Assembly: GCA_965219385.1 (NCBI GenBank)
Contig: CBDCNM010000002.1
Location: 3,172,305-3,236,304 of the forward strand
Length of the DNA stretch: 64,000 nt
Reading direction: 5' to 3'
From: Candidatus Latescibacterota bacterium
GTDB taxonomy: Bacteria > Latescibacterota > UBA2968 > UBA8231
Under the pieces are notes generated by a model. That model saw only the letters and a program-made list of their open reading frames with translations, was not told the DNA's origin and made no database searches. Position numbers and translations under genes: made by a program. Shown piece after piece: positions 20,958 to 30,766 of the stretch; the first letter of the stretch is position 1; every line of letters starts with the position of its first letter.

Positions 20958-21959
20958 ATGGCCCTTCGCACAGCATCCCACCCGCTCTCGTCTTCCCCTG
21001 TGGCGCAAGACGAGGGGTTTGCCGGCATCATCGGCAGCGAGGGTGGGCTAGCCCAGGTCATCGAGCAGGTGAGGCGGGTACTGGGGCAACCGGTTCACGT
21101 CCTCATAGAGGGCGAAAGCGGCACCGGCAAGGAGGTGATCGCCCGGGCTTTGCACGATCGCGACCCCTGCCGTCGGCGGCATTCCTTTGTCCCGGTCAAC
21201 TGCGCGGCCATCCCCGAGTCCCTAGTCGAAGCGGAGTTATTCGGCTTTCACCAGGGGGCTTTCACCGGCGCCCTGAAAACCCGCGATGGCTGCTTCCAGC
21301 AGGCCGATGGGGGCACCCTCTTCCTGGATGAAATCGGCGAGTTCCCTCTCTCCCTGCAACCCAAACTCCTGCGCGTCCTCCAGGAAAAAGCCGTGCGCCG
21401 CCTGGGCGAGGGCCAGGAGCGCTGCGTCGACGTGCGGGTGGTGGCCGCGACCAGCAAAGACCTGGGACAGGCCATGGCCGCGGACGGATTCCGCCCGGAT
21501 CTCTACTACCGCCTGGCGGAGTATCCGATCATCCTGCCCCCTCTGCGCCAGCGGCGGCAGGATATCGTCCCCCTGGCCCACCACTTCCTGGGCCAGTATC
21601 GCCAGGAGTTCGGCAAACCTGGAATCGGACGGCTTTCTCCGGAGGTCACGGCCCGGCTCCAGGCCCATGACTGGGCCCGTAACAATGTGCGGGAATTGAG
21701 TCGCGCCCTGAAACAGGCGGTGCTGTTGTGCGACGGTCCGGCCATCGAGCCGGAGCATCTGTCTCTGGCCGAGCCGGCCCGGTCCGCACCGCTCAAAAAT
21801 CAGATGCAGCGCATCGAACGCGGGCACATGGAAGAAGCCCTGACCCGAACCAACGGCAATATCGCTGCCGCCGCCCGACTCTTGGGCATGAGCCGTTCGA
21901 CCCTCTTCGACCGGTTGCGCAAACTGGATATCCGGCGACAGCGAACCCGGTGCTCATGA
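20958..21959 (+). CDS. sigma-54 dependent activator (AAA+ plus Fis HTH) lacking a sensor domain
   Basis: GESGTGKE, GAFTGA, LFLDEIG, C-terminal TNGNIAAAARLLGMSRSTL; AAGGAG RBS. Confidence 0.92.
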   Translation: MALRTASHPLSSSPVAQDEGFAGIIGSEGGLAQVIEQVRRVLGQPVHVLIEGESGTGKEVIARALHDRDPCRRRHSFVPVNCAAIPESLVEAELFGFHQGAFTGALKTRDGCFQQADGGTLFLDEIGEFPLSLQPKLLRVLQEKAVRRLGEGQERCVDVRVVAATSKDLGQAMAADGFRPDLYYRLAEYPIILPPLRQRRQDIVPLAHHFLGQYRQEFGKPGIGRLSPEVTARLQAHDWARNNVRELSRALKQAVLLCDGPAIEPEHLSLAEPARSAPLKNQMQRIERGHMEEALTRTNGNIAAAARLLGMSRSTLFDRLRKLDIRRQRTRCS

Positions 21960-22109
21960 ATACCCTCAAAACCCAGATCATGGTGCCCAGGGTGCCATTG
22001 GCCTGCAAGAGTTCGGTGTGCGCAGCAGCGGGAATTCCCACTCGTTAGTTCGGACACTTTTTCGATTTTGAGCGGATTTCCATGGCATCAAAACTCGTAA
22101 GTGCTTATT

Positions 22110-22169
22110 TATCAACAAGTTGCGAATTTCAGTGCCGATTTTCCTAAGTCTTTATTTATCAACGACTTA
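22110..22169 (+). promoter_or_regulatory. two IHF-like sites
   Basis: TATCAACAAGTTG (22110) and TATCAACGACTTA (22157) both match WATCAANNNNTTR. Confidence 0.6.
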
Positions 22170-22208
22170 CAAAAAGTGTCCACAGTATTGCTTCCGGTTA
22201 GTCCGATT

Positions 22209-22241
22209 AAAAAACCGGACGCACCGCGAGGGTGCGTCCGG
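22209..22241 (-). terminator. rho-independent terminator
   Basis: Perfect 11-bp stem CCGGACGCACC/GGTGCGTCCGG followed by T6 on the minus strand. Confidence 0.85.
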
Positions 22242-22360
22242 CTATACTTGGCGACGTCGGGCGTATGAGACCAGACGTCTAATCCCAGGTGGTGATCACC
22301 TGGCAAGTGTATCTCAGGTGATACACCTCCCTGTGGTTGTACTCAATGGACCACCTCCTT

Positions 22361-22404
22361 TCTTTTAAGCGGGTCAATCCCGTCTTTTAAGCGGGTCAAT
22401 CCCG
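22361..22404. repeat. perfect 22-bp tandem duplication TCTTTTAAGCGGGTCAATCCCG x2
   Basis: Read directly from the sequence. Confidence 0.95.
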
Positions 22405-22576
22405 CACAATTTCAAAAGCCTGTTGATCCGAGCATCGAACGACTTTCGCTCGATGGTATAAATATATGCAATTTGGACACCGAAAGGCAAATGGAAAAAT
22501 CCACCTCCGATACCTCGATTCCGCTCGCGGTTTGTCGCTTGATCCACCCGGAGCTTTTGCTGCATGGGCCCCTGAG

Positions 22577-23362
22577 CTAAAGCGCCGGTGTCAGGACCGG
22601 CCGGGATTCGCTGCACAGCTCGCGGGCCAGGCGGGTGTAGTTCTCGGCTCCGGTGGAGAGAGGATCGTAGAGAATGACGGGCTGGCCGAAACTGGGGGCT
22701 TCGGCCAAGCTGACGTTGCGCTTGATGAAGGTGTGGTAGACCTTGTCCCCGAAGTAGGACTTGACCTCGGCCGCCACCCGGTGAGACAGCTGCAGGCGCT
22801 CGTCGTACATGGTCAGCAGGGCCCCCTCGATTTCCAGAGTGGGATTCAGGTAGCGCTGGACCAGGCGCACAGTGCCGTGCAGATTGCTCAGGCCCCCGAG
22901 GGCATAATACTCGCACTGAACCGGGACCAGGACCGAATCCGCAGCGCAGAGGGCGTTGACCGTCAACAGGGTCAGGGAGGGAGGACAGTCCACGATTAGA
23001 AATTCGTAGTCCTCTCGTACGGTCTCCAGGACCTCGGCCAGCTTTTTTTCCTGCCCCAGGATCTCGGCCATTTCAACTTCGGCACCGGCCAGGCGGATGT
23101 GGGAGGGAACCAGGTAAAGGGGAGCAGGTTCGACGGCGCAGATAACCGAAGAAAGGGGTGTTTGCCCCAGGAGAACCTCGTACACGGATCCTCCGAGACT
23201 GTCTACCCCCGCCCCGCACCCACTGGTGGCGTTGGCCTGAGGATCCATGTCGATGAGCAGGGTTTTGTACCCGGACGCCGCCAGGCAGGCAGCCAGGTTG
23301 ACCGCCGTGGTGGTCTTGCCGACTCCACCCTTTTGATTTGCGATGGCAATGATTTTGCCCAT
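22577..23362 (-). CDS. parA: ParA/Soj family ATPase
   Basis: [45 protein letters not shown]. Confidence 0.93.
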   Translation of the reverse strand: MGKIIAIANQKGGVGKTTTAVNLAACLAASGYKTLLIDMDPQANATSGCGAGVDSLGGSVYEVLLGQTPLSSVICAVEPAPLYLVPSHIRLAGAEVEMAEILGQEKKLAEVLETVREDYEFLIVDCPPSLTLLTVNALCAADSVLVPVQCEYYALGGLSNLHGTVRLVQRYLNPTLEIEGALLTMYDERLQLSHRVAAEVKSYFGDKVYHTFIKRNVSLAEAPSFGQPVILYDPLSTGAENYTRLARELCSESRPVLTPAL

Positions 23363-23875
23363 GCCCTCTTACTCTACGGTAAGACTGCAATCCCGCAATA
23401 GAACGACACGCGCAGGTCGAGCGCCAACGTCCCGAAGGGGAAGTGCTCTTTGTGGCGTTTCTATAACAGGGAAGAAAATCAGGAAAGAAGGAATCATCGC
23501 CTCGACAGGACTTCAATATAAAACCTCGAAAAAGACTCGTCAAGGATTATCGTAACCGAAATGTAAAAAATGTGATACGAGGTCAAAAAACCGGCGAAAA
23601 GGATAAAAGAGGCAAGATAAATTTATGAGTATAAAGGTTTATTTATAATATATTTATACACAATTAACCGCCATGTCACGAAACGATGGCGAGCAGAGTG
23701 CCTAGGACCAGTCCCGCGACGGTAAAGAAGAAATTCCCAGCCCCCGCGGGTTGTATGCACATGCACGAGCCGGGTGCGCTCTTTTGAGAAGGCTTCTAAG
23801 ATGCCGGTTGACAGACATGGGGCGAATCTTCTTATTGATCCGTTTGGGGCGTACCACAGGAGAAAATCATGCAGG

Positions 23876-24019
23876 ATGTGCAACAATCTCGGTCTGGACG
23901 CGGCTTTGACCTTGCAGAGAAAGCTGGAGGTATCGGCCGCGCGCTATCCGGTCGACCAGGCGCGCGGCAAAAACCTGAAATACACCGAACTCGACGACCA
24001 GAAAGGGAGCCATAAATAA
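23876..24019 (+). pseudogene. C-terminal fragment of a small MazG-like nucleotide pyrophosphohydrolase (dCTPase type)
   Basis: CNNLGLD...RKLEVSAARYPVDQARGKNLKYTEL resembles the family C-terminus; N-terminus missing. Confidence 0.65.
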
Positions 24020-24022
24020 ACC

Positions 24023-24814
24023 ATGCAGGACACGACCCGCTTTGCCGAACTGGTACAGGTCATGGCGCTCTTGCGCGCCGAGGACGGCTGCCCCTGGGAC
24101 CGCGAACAAACCCATGCTTCGCTCAAACCCTATCTGCTGGAAGAGGCCTACGAAGTCCTGGAGGCCATCGACCACGAGGACGACGAGGAGCTTTGCAAGG
24201 AGTTGGGCGATGTGCTGTTGCAGGTGGTCTTCCACGCCCAGATCGCCCGGGAAGAGCACCGCTTCTCCATTGACCAGGTCTGCCAGACCATCGTCGACAA
24301 GCTCATCCGCCGCCATCCCCACGTTTTCGGCGATGTCCAGGTCGACGGCGCCGGGGAGGTGCTGACCAACTGGGAGCGCATCAAGCAGGAGGAACGCCGG
24401 CAGGAGGCGCGTTCTCCTTCCGTTCTGGACGGCGTGCCCCGACAGCTCCCGGCCCTGCTCAGGGCCCAGCGGGTCCAGGTCAAGGCCGCCCGGGTCGGCT
24501 TTGACTGGGAGGACAGCCAGGGTCCGCTCGACAAGGTAGAGGAGGAGTTCGCCGAGTTGCGCAGGGTCTGGGAGGCGAGTGATGCGCCGCGAATCGAAGA
24601 AGAATTCGGCGATCTGCTCTTCGCCTTGGTCAACACCGGCCGCTTCCTCAAGCTCTCCCCGGAGGACACCCTGCGGCGGGCGGTGGACAAATTCGAACGC
24701 CGCTTCCGCGCCGTAGAAGCCTTCCTTGCCCGGCAGGGCAAAGCCCTCGAGGAGACCTCGCTGGCCGAGATGGACCAGGCCTGGGACCAGGTCAAGGAGA
24801 CCGAAAAGCCCTAA
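24023..24814 (+). CDS. mazG: nucleoside triphosphate pyrophosphohydrolase
   Basis: GCPWDREQT, EEAYEV, ELGDVLLQVVFH, KLIRRHPHVF, EEFGDLLF. Confidence 0.95.
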   Translation: MQDTTRFAELVQVMALLRAEDGCPWDREQTHASLKPYLLEEAYEVLEAIDHEDDEELCKELGDVLLQVVFHAQIAREEHRFSIDQVCQTIVDKLIRRHPHVFGDVQVDGAGEVLTNWERIKQEERRQEARSPSVLDGVPRQLPALLRAQRVQVKAARVGFDWEDSQGPLDKVEEEFAELRRVWEASDAPRIEEEFGDLLFALVNTGRFLKLSPEDTLRRAVDKFERRFRAVEAFLARQGKALEETSLAEMDQAWDQVKETEKP

Positions 24815-24839
24815 GAAGCCGTTGCCCGCTTTATCGACC

Positions 24840-25973
24840 ATGGATCCCGACCCCGAACTGAAACAGACCGGCAGCCCCTGGCTTTTCTCCAGGTCCATCG
24901 ATTTGCTGGTCCTGGGACTGCCGGTCTGGGCCACCTGGGTTGTCTGCTGCACCCTGCCCGATGCGGTTCTCGAACGTCCTTTGTCCCTGTGGATGTGGGC
25001 CCTCCTCATCGTCGGCATCGACGTGAGCCACGTGTGGAGCACGCTTTTCAGGACCTACCTGGATCGCAGGGAATTCGCCGCTCACCGCGCGGTCCTGGTG
25101 CGCACGCCTTTTCTGGCTTTTGGCCTCTTTTTTCTCCTTGCCAGCTTCTCCTCGCTGTGGTTCTGGCGGGTGATGGCCTACCTGGCCCTCTTCCACTTCG
25201 TCAAGCAGCAATACGGTTTTTTCGCCCTCTACGGAGCCCGTTTCAAGTTCAGAACCCGGCACAGAATTTTCGCCGATTCCACTGCCATCTACCTCGCCAC
25301 CCTGTACCCGGTGCTCTACTGGCACTTTACAAGCGACCGCAGCTTCGCCTGGTTTGTCAGCGGCGATTTCTTCAGCGGAAGCGCTCTTGTGGGCTGCGGT
25401 CTGGACACCCTTCCCCTCCTGGCCATCGCTGGCAACCTCCTTTACTGGATCGTCATCTCGGGTTGGTGCGCCGAGGAAATCTACCTGTGCCGCCGGCACC
25501 GGGTGGCCCTGCCCGTGGGCAAAATACTTTGGCTGCTGACCACGGCCGGCACCTGGTACCTGGGCATCGTCCACTTCAACTCCGACATCGTCTTTACCCT
25601 GACCAATGTGATCGCCCACGGCGTGCCCTACATCGCTCTGATCTTTTTCTACGTCGAGAAAAAGTCGAAGATCGTGGAGACCTCGCGCCCGGTTCCCAGG
25701 GGCCGGATCGGGGGCAGCGTGCTCTTCATGCTGGGGGTTACTCTGCTCCTGGCCTTTGGCGAAGAGTACCTGTGGGACCTGTTCCTCTACCAGGAACGGG
25801 GCGCTCTCTTCGAGTGGTTCTTCGCCTACCCTTTGCGCGTCTTGCAGACGCCGGCCGGCCAGGCCCTGGCTCTGGCTCTGCTCTCGGTTCCCCAGGTCAC
25901 GCACTACGTTCTCGACGGCTTTATCTGGAAGAACAACAAGAAGAATCCCTACCTGAAACAGGTATTCGCCTGA
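24840..25973 (+). CDS. polytopic membrane protein with conserved His motifs
   Basis: Several TM helices; SHVWST, FHFVKQQYG, AHGVPY, THYVLDG. Confidence 0.7.
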   Translation: MDPDPELKQTGSPWLFSRSIDLLVLGLPVWATWVVCCTLPDAVLERPLSLWMWALLIVGIDVSHVWSTLFRTYLDRREFAAHRAVLVRTPFLAFGLFFLLASFSSLWFWRVMAYLALFHFVKQQYGFFALYGARFKFRTRHRIFADSTAIYLATLYPVLYWHFTSDRSFAWFVSGDFFSGSALVGCGLDTLPLLAIAGNLLYWIVISGWCAEEIYLCRRHRVALPVGKILWLLTTAGTWYLGIVHFNSDIVFTLTNVIAHGVPYIALIFFYVEKKSKIVETSRPVPRGRIGGSVLFMLGVTLLLAFGEEYLWDLFLYQERGALFEWFFAYPLRVLQTPAGQALALALLSVPQVTHYVLDGFIWKNNKKNPYLKQVFA

Positions 25974-25977
25974 TGGG

Positions 25978-26472
25978 CTATTGGACAAAAAACTCGACGG
26001 CCACGGAGTTGATGGTGTTGGCCTTTTCTACGCCTGCAACCGCAATAGAGAATGTCTCATCTATTGGCTTGCTCAGTTCACCCGGGACATCCCATTGTTG
26101 TATGAAAGAATGCCTACTCTGAGTAATTCTGGATCCCTCTGTATCAAAAAAGATCAATCTGTACCTGCTGGCGATGCGGCGTTTCTCCGCGAGACTTAGA
26201 TCGTATAGCTCGATACCTGGCTCCAGCACGAAGGTGGCCTTATAAGCGCCCTCAACCCAGATTCCCTCCCTGTACTCTCCCTCCCTATAAACCCCCCTGT
26301 TCCAGCGCCAGGCATACCTCCGAAAACGCCATATTTGCTTTGATATTTCAATCTTGCCGTGCTCAGAGAGTACCGTCTGATCGTTCTCTTTATGGAAGCC
26401 GATATCCAGTCTTTGGCGCTTTTCACACGACGGGAAAGAAAAGACCAGGATCGCGGACAGCAGGTATTTCAT
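25978..26472 (-). CDS. hypothetical (possible lipoprotein), lower GC
   Basis: GGAGG RBS; signal-like N-terminus ending in FPSC. Confidence 0.55.
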   Translation of the reverse strand: MKYLLSAILVFSFPSCEKRQRLDIGFHKENDQTVLSEHGKIEISKQIWRFRRYAWRWNRGVYREGEYREGIWVEGAYKATFVLEPGIELYDLSLAEKRRIASRYRLIFFDTEGSRITQSRHSFIQQWDVPGELSKPIDETFSIAVAGVEKANTINSVAVEFFVQ

Positions 26473-26600
26473 GGGGCCTCCTGACGTCGTGCGGCCAAGA
26501 TATGCGACCTGATGGGACGGAGGTTTGTGACTACGATTGAGTATCGGTAAATTAAGAAAAGCTATTCCAGCACCACAACCTTTTTCCAGAGAAGTGATCC

Positions 26601-27350
26601 ATGGTACCGATAAAGCCTGAAAAGCGCCATGCCCTCACCGAGCTGTTTGCCCACTACCCCTGGCAACGGGTAATTATTGACGCTGTGCTGGAAGAGGGAT
26701 ACGGCAGTGTCGCGGCCGACTCCGAGGAGGAGCCGGAAGTCGCTTTGTTGAAGCTGGATATTTTGGCTATGCCCGCGGGGAACCTCGATCATCCCCTTGC
26801 CCGCGATTTCATCCAGGAGCTATCCGACAGCCTGATCCTGGCGGAGTCGGAGGCCTGGCGCCAGGCCATAATCCAGGTGCACGGCGCCAAGATCAAAAAG
26901 CAGCCGCGGGTGGGATTTTCAATTGAAACCCTGGACCTGGATCACGTGCGCCGGCTCGCACAATTCGTCCCGCAAGGCTACCAGGTCAAGCGCATTGATC
27001 TGGAGCTGGCCCCCAGGGCCATGGGCCACCTGGCCTACGCCTCGGCGGCCGAATTTATTGACCGGGGCATCGGCTTCTGCGCGCTGTGGGGAGATGATCC
27101 CGTGTGCAAGGCCCGGTCCTATATCAACAGCAGCAACGCCATCGAGATCTCGATCATGACAGATCCCGTCCATCAAAGGAAAGGGCTGGCCATTGCCACC
27201 GGAGCCGCGCTGGTGGCCCATTGTCTGGAGCATGGTATCGAGCCACACTGGAACGCCATCAACCCGATTTCCGTCCGAGTTGCAGAGAGACTGGGGTACG
27301 TGCAAAGTGGAAATTTTGATTTGCTGAAGCTTGGTCTGGAAGGGGCATAG
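26601..27350 (+). CDS. GNAT family acetyltransferase
   Basis: HQRKGLA, PHWNAINPISVRVAERLGY. Confidence 0.85.
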   Translation: MVPIKPEKRHALTELFAHYPWQRVIIDAVLEEGYGSVAADSEEEPEVALLKLDILAMPAGNLDHPLARDFIQELSDSLILAESEAWRQAIIQVHGAKIKKQPRVGFSIETLDLDHVRRLAQFVPQGYQVKRIDLELAPRAMGHLAYASAAEFIDRGIGFCALWGDDPVCKARSYINSSNAIEISIMTDPVHQRKGLAIATGAALVAHCLEHGIEPHWNAINPISVRVAERLGYVQSGNFDLLKLGLEGA

Positions 27351-27532
27351 AGATGAGGCGGTCGCAACCTACGGCTACCGGATCGGTGGGCTGCGAGCAG
27401 GCGCAGCAGCAGGTGGGATGGTGCCCCACGCCCGTCTCGCTCACGCTCGGGGGCACACCGGGAATTTTAAGAAGGCCTCTCAGGACGTCGACCTGCCCGA
27501 CAATCTCCGCCTGACCTGCGACGGCCAGGTCA

Positions 27533-28183
27533 TCAGGATCGGTTAGAGGCGGCCCAGCGCACGCCCCGTTCGAGCAGTTTCTGCATGCCGGGTTGCTCAA
27601 AGGTCCCCGGACCGTGTCCCAATGCCGTGTAGAATACCCGTCCCGCACCATAGGGTTTCACCCAGGCCATGGGGTGGTCCTTGTCGCACCACTTGGCCGC
27701 GGCGAGGATGTGGATCGCCGGATCGTAAGCCGACATGTAGATTTCGTCCTCGACTTCGAAGTCGCTCAGTCCCCGGGTAATCGGATGCGCGCTGTCCTGG
27801 ATGCGCACCGTGAACGAGAGGCCGGGTGGGTGCCAGTTGGCGTGCCCGCCGATCAGGTCCACGGCGCGCCCGCCGATCCACCAGGCCGTCCCGTGGATGC
27901 CGACCAAGCCCTTGCCGCTGTCGACAAAGTGAAACAGGCCGTCCTCCTGCTCCGGAGTCAGATCCGGCCTCCGCGCTATCGAGTCGTCCGGCTGCCCCAC
28001 GGCGCGGGTGAATCCGGTCCCAAAGACACACACGTCAAAGTCGTGCAGCTGAGGCGCGCTCAGGATGTCCTTGTCGTCCGTGAGGCTTGCCGCTATATCC
28101 TCCTGGTCGGCGAGGAGGTTGTGAATAATCGGGGCGCTGTTTTCGAAGCCGTGATTGGGTCCAGATAAGATCAATGCCCTCAA
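27533..28183 (-). CDS. ThuA-like (class I glutamine amidotransferase-like) protein
   Basis: GKGLVGIHG, HPITRGL.DF...DEIY, GRVFYTALGH. Confidence 0.85.
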   Translation of the reverse strand: MRALILSGPNHGFENSAPIIHNLLADQEDIAASLTDDKDILSAPQLHDFDVCVFGTGFTRAVGQPDDSIARRPDLTPEQEDGLFHFVDSGKGLVGIHGTAWWIGGRAVDLIGGHANWHPPGLSFTVRIQDSAHPITRGLSDFEVEDEIYMSAYDPAIHILAAAKWCDKDHPMAWVKPYGAGRVFYTALGHGPGTFEQPGMQKLLERGVRWAASNRS

Positions 28184-28198
28184 AGTAGTCTCCTTTTC

Positions 28199-29569
28199 TC
28201 AGGTGGGGATGCTGGCCAATCCGGCGCGGAGCGCCTCCACGATCTGGTCGGCCTCGGCCTCGGTCAGGATCAGGGGCGGCGACAGGAAGAATACGCTTTC
28301 CGGGCCGGGCATGGCATGGCTCATCCGTCCTATCAGGACGCCCTCCGCGCGGATCCGGGCCTGGGCCTGGTCGGTTCGCCAGGCGTCCAGCAGGGCCCCG
28401 TCTTCATCCACCAGCTCCACGGCGACCATCAAACCCTTGCCACGGATTTCGCCGAGGAAGGGAGAGTCCAGGCCCTGGAGTTGTTCCAGGAGATAAGCGC
28501 CCACCTGGGCTGAATTTTCCCAGAGCCGTTCCGCCATCAGGATGTCGAGGTTGGCCAGGGCCGCAGCGCAGCAAACCGGGTGGCCCCCGTAGGTGGAGAC
28601 CTGGGAGAATTCTCGTCCTTCCTCCGGGTCCCCGAGGAAGGTCTGGAAAATCTCCGGGGTGACGGCGCAGGCTCCCAGGGGCAGGTAGCCACTGCTTACT
28701 CCCTTGGCCAGGGTGGTGATATCCGGCAGCACCCCCCAGTGCTCCGAGGCAAAGAGCTTGCCGGTGCGGCCGAACCCGGTGATCACCTCGTCCAGGATCA
28801 ACAGCAGTCCGTAGTGGTCGCAGATTTCCCGCAGCCGGGGCAGGTACTCGTCCGGGGGAATGATCACCCCGCCGCCGCCGATGATGGGCTCGACGATCAC
28901 TGCAACCACGGTCTCGGGCCCCTCTTTTTCGATTACTTCCTGTATTTCCTCGACACAGGCTAGGCCGCAGGAAGGGTACTCCAGCTTGAGTGGACAGCGG
29001 TAACAGTAGGGTGGATCCACGTGCAGGAAGCCGGGCACCAGGGGCTCGAATTTGACTCGGCGTCCCACCTGGCCGGTGGCCGACATGGCCCCGTAGGTGA
29101 AGCCGTGGTAGCCCTGGTAGCGGGCGATCACCTTGTAGCGGTTCTGTCCCGGGTGTTTCTGGCGTCCGTACTGGCGGGCGATTTTAAAGGCGGTCTCGTT
29201 GGCCTCGGAACCGCTGTTGCAGAAAAATACGTGCTGCAAGTCCCCGGGCAGGATTTCGGCCAGCCGGCCGGCCAGCTGCGTCGCCGGCACATTGATCTGG
29301 GAATGCGGGTAGAAGGGGAGTTCTTTGATTTGCTGGTAGACTGCCTTGGCGATTTCCTCGCGTCCGTAACCCACGTTGACATTCCACAGGCCGGCCCCTG
29401 CATCCAGGTAGGAGTTTCCCCCTGCGTCCACAACCCTGGTTCCCCTGGCCTCCTGGATCACCAGCAGGTCGTGGTCCTCCAGGGTGCTGTGCTGCATCAG
29501 TGGGTGCCAGGCGTGGGCGCGGTCCTGCTGGCGGATTTGTTCGAGGTTTATGGTTTCGGTGTGGGTCAT
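28199..29569 (-). CDS. class III PLP-dependent aminotransferase (omega-amine type)
   Basis: [46 protein letters not shown]. Confidence 0.92.
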   Translation of the reverse strand: MTHTETINLEQIRQQDRAHAWHPLMQHSTLEDHDLLVIQEARGTRVVDAGGNSYLDAGAGLWNVNVGYGREEIAKAVYQQIKELPFYPHSQINVPATQLAGRLAEILPGDLQHVFFCNSGSEANETAFKIARQYGRQKHPGQNRYKVIARYQGYHGFTYGAMSATGQVGRRVKFEPLVPGFLHVDPPYCYRCPLKLEYPSCGLACVEEIQEVIEKEGPETVVAVIVEPIIGGGGVIIPPDEYLPRLREICDHYGLLLILDEVITGFGRTGKLFASEHWGVLPDITTLAKGVSSGYLPLGACAVTPEIFQTFLGDPEEGREFSQVSTYGGHPVCCAAALANLDILMAERLWENSAQVGAYLLEQLQGLDSPFLGEIRGKGLMVAVELVDEDGALLDAWRTDQAQARIRAEGVLIGRMSHAMPGPESVFFLSPPLILTEAEADQIVEALRAGLASIPT

Positions 29570-29608
29570 GGTTTGCTCCTTGGCTGTCGGGTGCTGGTGC
29601 AGGTCCAC

Positions 29609-29637
29609 ATCATAGAGCATTTGGCTGCGGGCGTCAA
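29609..29637 (-). promoter_or_regulatory. sigma70-like promoter
   Basis: Minus strand TTGACG-17 nt-TATGAT. Confidence 0.55.
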
Positions 29638-29734
29638 GGTTGCGCGGCGCCCGGTTTGTGGACCGCGGGTGCCGAGTTGGATAACCTGTACGGGTTGTCT
29701 GCTGGCGATATTCAGTACTATATCTGATATCAGA

Positions 29735-30331
29735 TCAGTACTTTACGACGGGGGGCGAGTCGGTGAGATCGATCCAGTACCTCAGCTTGTGGATCTGGCC
29801 GTTCTGGCGGTTGCCCTCGGCTCTGAAGGCGGTGGAATCCATCTTCAGGGCTTTTTCAAATTGGCCGCCGTTGGATTTGATGATCTCTTTTGACCCGATG
29901 TTGTCCGAGTTGCAGGTGACCAGAACCTTGCGCAGGCCCATGGCCTTTGATTCTTCCAGGCACAGGGCCAGGATCTTTTTGCCGTAGCCCTGTCTTCTCT
30001 TCGAGGGCCTGATGCTGTAGCCGATATGGCCGCCGTAGGTGATGAGGTAGTTGGTGCACAGTTCGGGGCGGATCGAGGCCTGGCCGATGTACTCTCCCTG
30101 ATCGATGAGCCACAGGACCCTGTCCACGTAGCGGTGGACGGCCGATGCGGATCTTTGCGCCAGGTTCGTCAATCCGTGGACAAAGGGGTTGAAGCGTTTT
30201 TCCAGGGACTTGAGATTGTAGCCCAGGTACACCGCATAGGTGGAATCGAGACGTTTTTCAGCGTGGAACTCGGCCGCACCCTGGAGAAAGCTCTCCTTGT
30301 AGTGCTCCGAAGGTGTGGTTAGAAAAGACAT
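29735..30331 (-). CDS. GNAT family acetyltransferase
   Basis: GGHIGYSIRPSKRRQGYG, VLVTCNSDNIGS. Confidence 0.88.
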   Translation of the reverse strand: MSFLTTPSEHYKESFLQGAAEFHAEKRLDSTYAVYLGYNLKSLEKRFNPFVHGLTNLAQRSASAVHRYVDRVLWLIDQGEYIGQASIRPELCTNYLITYGGHIGYSIRPSKRRQGYGKKILALCLEESKAMGLRKVLVTCNSDNIGSKEIIKSNGGQFEKALKMDSTAFRAEGNRQNGQIHKLRYWIDLTDSPPVVKY

Positions 30332-30500
30332 GGCATTGCCAGGCAAAGGCCGCCACGGCAGGGCGGCCTTTGCCTTTTTTTGCTGTGATCCGGGGCCTCC
30401 GAGGACGCGTATTTTAAGAAGACTTCTAAGAGCCTATACGACGAGAATCCCTGGAATCCCTGCGTCGCGTCGTCCGTCGTCCGTCGTTTCGCTTTCTGTG

Positions 30501-30529
30501 ACAATACAGAAAGCAGGGTACAATGTCAA
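30501..30529 (-). promoter_or_regulatory. sigma70-like promoter
   Basis: Minus strand TTGACA-17 nt-TATTGT. Confidence 0.5.
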
Positions 30530-30637
30530 GATTGAATTATCTGCAGATATAATGTCCTACCTATACGCAGGGACGGATGCACTTTTGGGGGCAATCAGGT
30601 GGATGTACGCGGGAATTATTATTTTTTTCTGCCAACC

Positions 30638-30766
30638 TTAAATTTCTTCCGGATTGCGGGGCTTGACCAAGGGGAAGGGGATGATGTCCCGAATACTGGC
30701 ATTGGTCAGGAGCAGAATCAGGCGATCCAGGCCCAGGCCGGCGGCGCCGGATGCAGGCGACAATCC
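30638..30766 (-). pseudogene. 3' fragment of a class IIb aminoacyl-tRNA synthetase (lysS-like motif 3)
   Basis: GLSPASGAAGLGLDRLILLLTNASIRDIIPFPLVKP resembles the LysRS GxGIDRLxMxLT...IRDVIxFP motif. Confidence 0.7.

Larger units (their letters stand above)
22209..22455 (-). ncRNA. candidate structured small RNA (about 245 nt) or micro-ORF transcript
   Basis: Putative promoter TTGCCT-18-TATATT (22490-22461), consecutive hairpins, anti-16S segment AGAAAGGAGGTGGTCCA, strong terminator. Confidence 0.5.

Noticed and set aside
22347..22363. 16S rRNA gene fragment
   Set aside because: Only 17 nt match the 16S tail; the flanks show no rRNA sequence
22361..22404. CRISPR array
   Set aside because: Two adjacent copies with no spacer; no cas genes or arrays seen in the window
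22052..23700. oriC or parS near parA
   Set aside because: No cluster of TTATCCACA boxes and no TGTTTCACGTGAAACA palindrome seen
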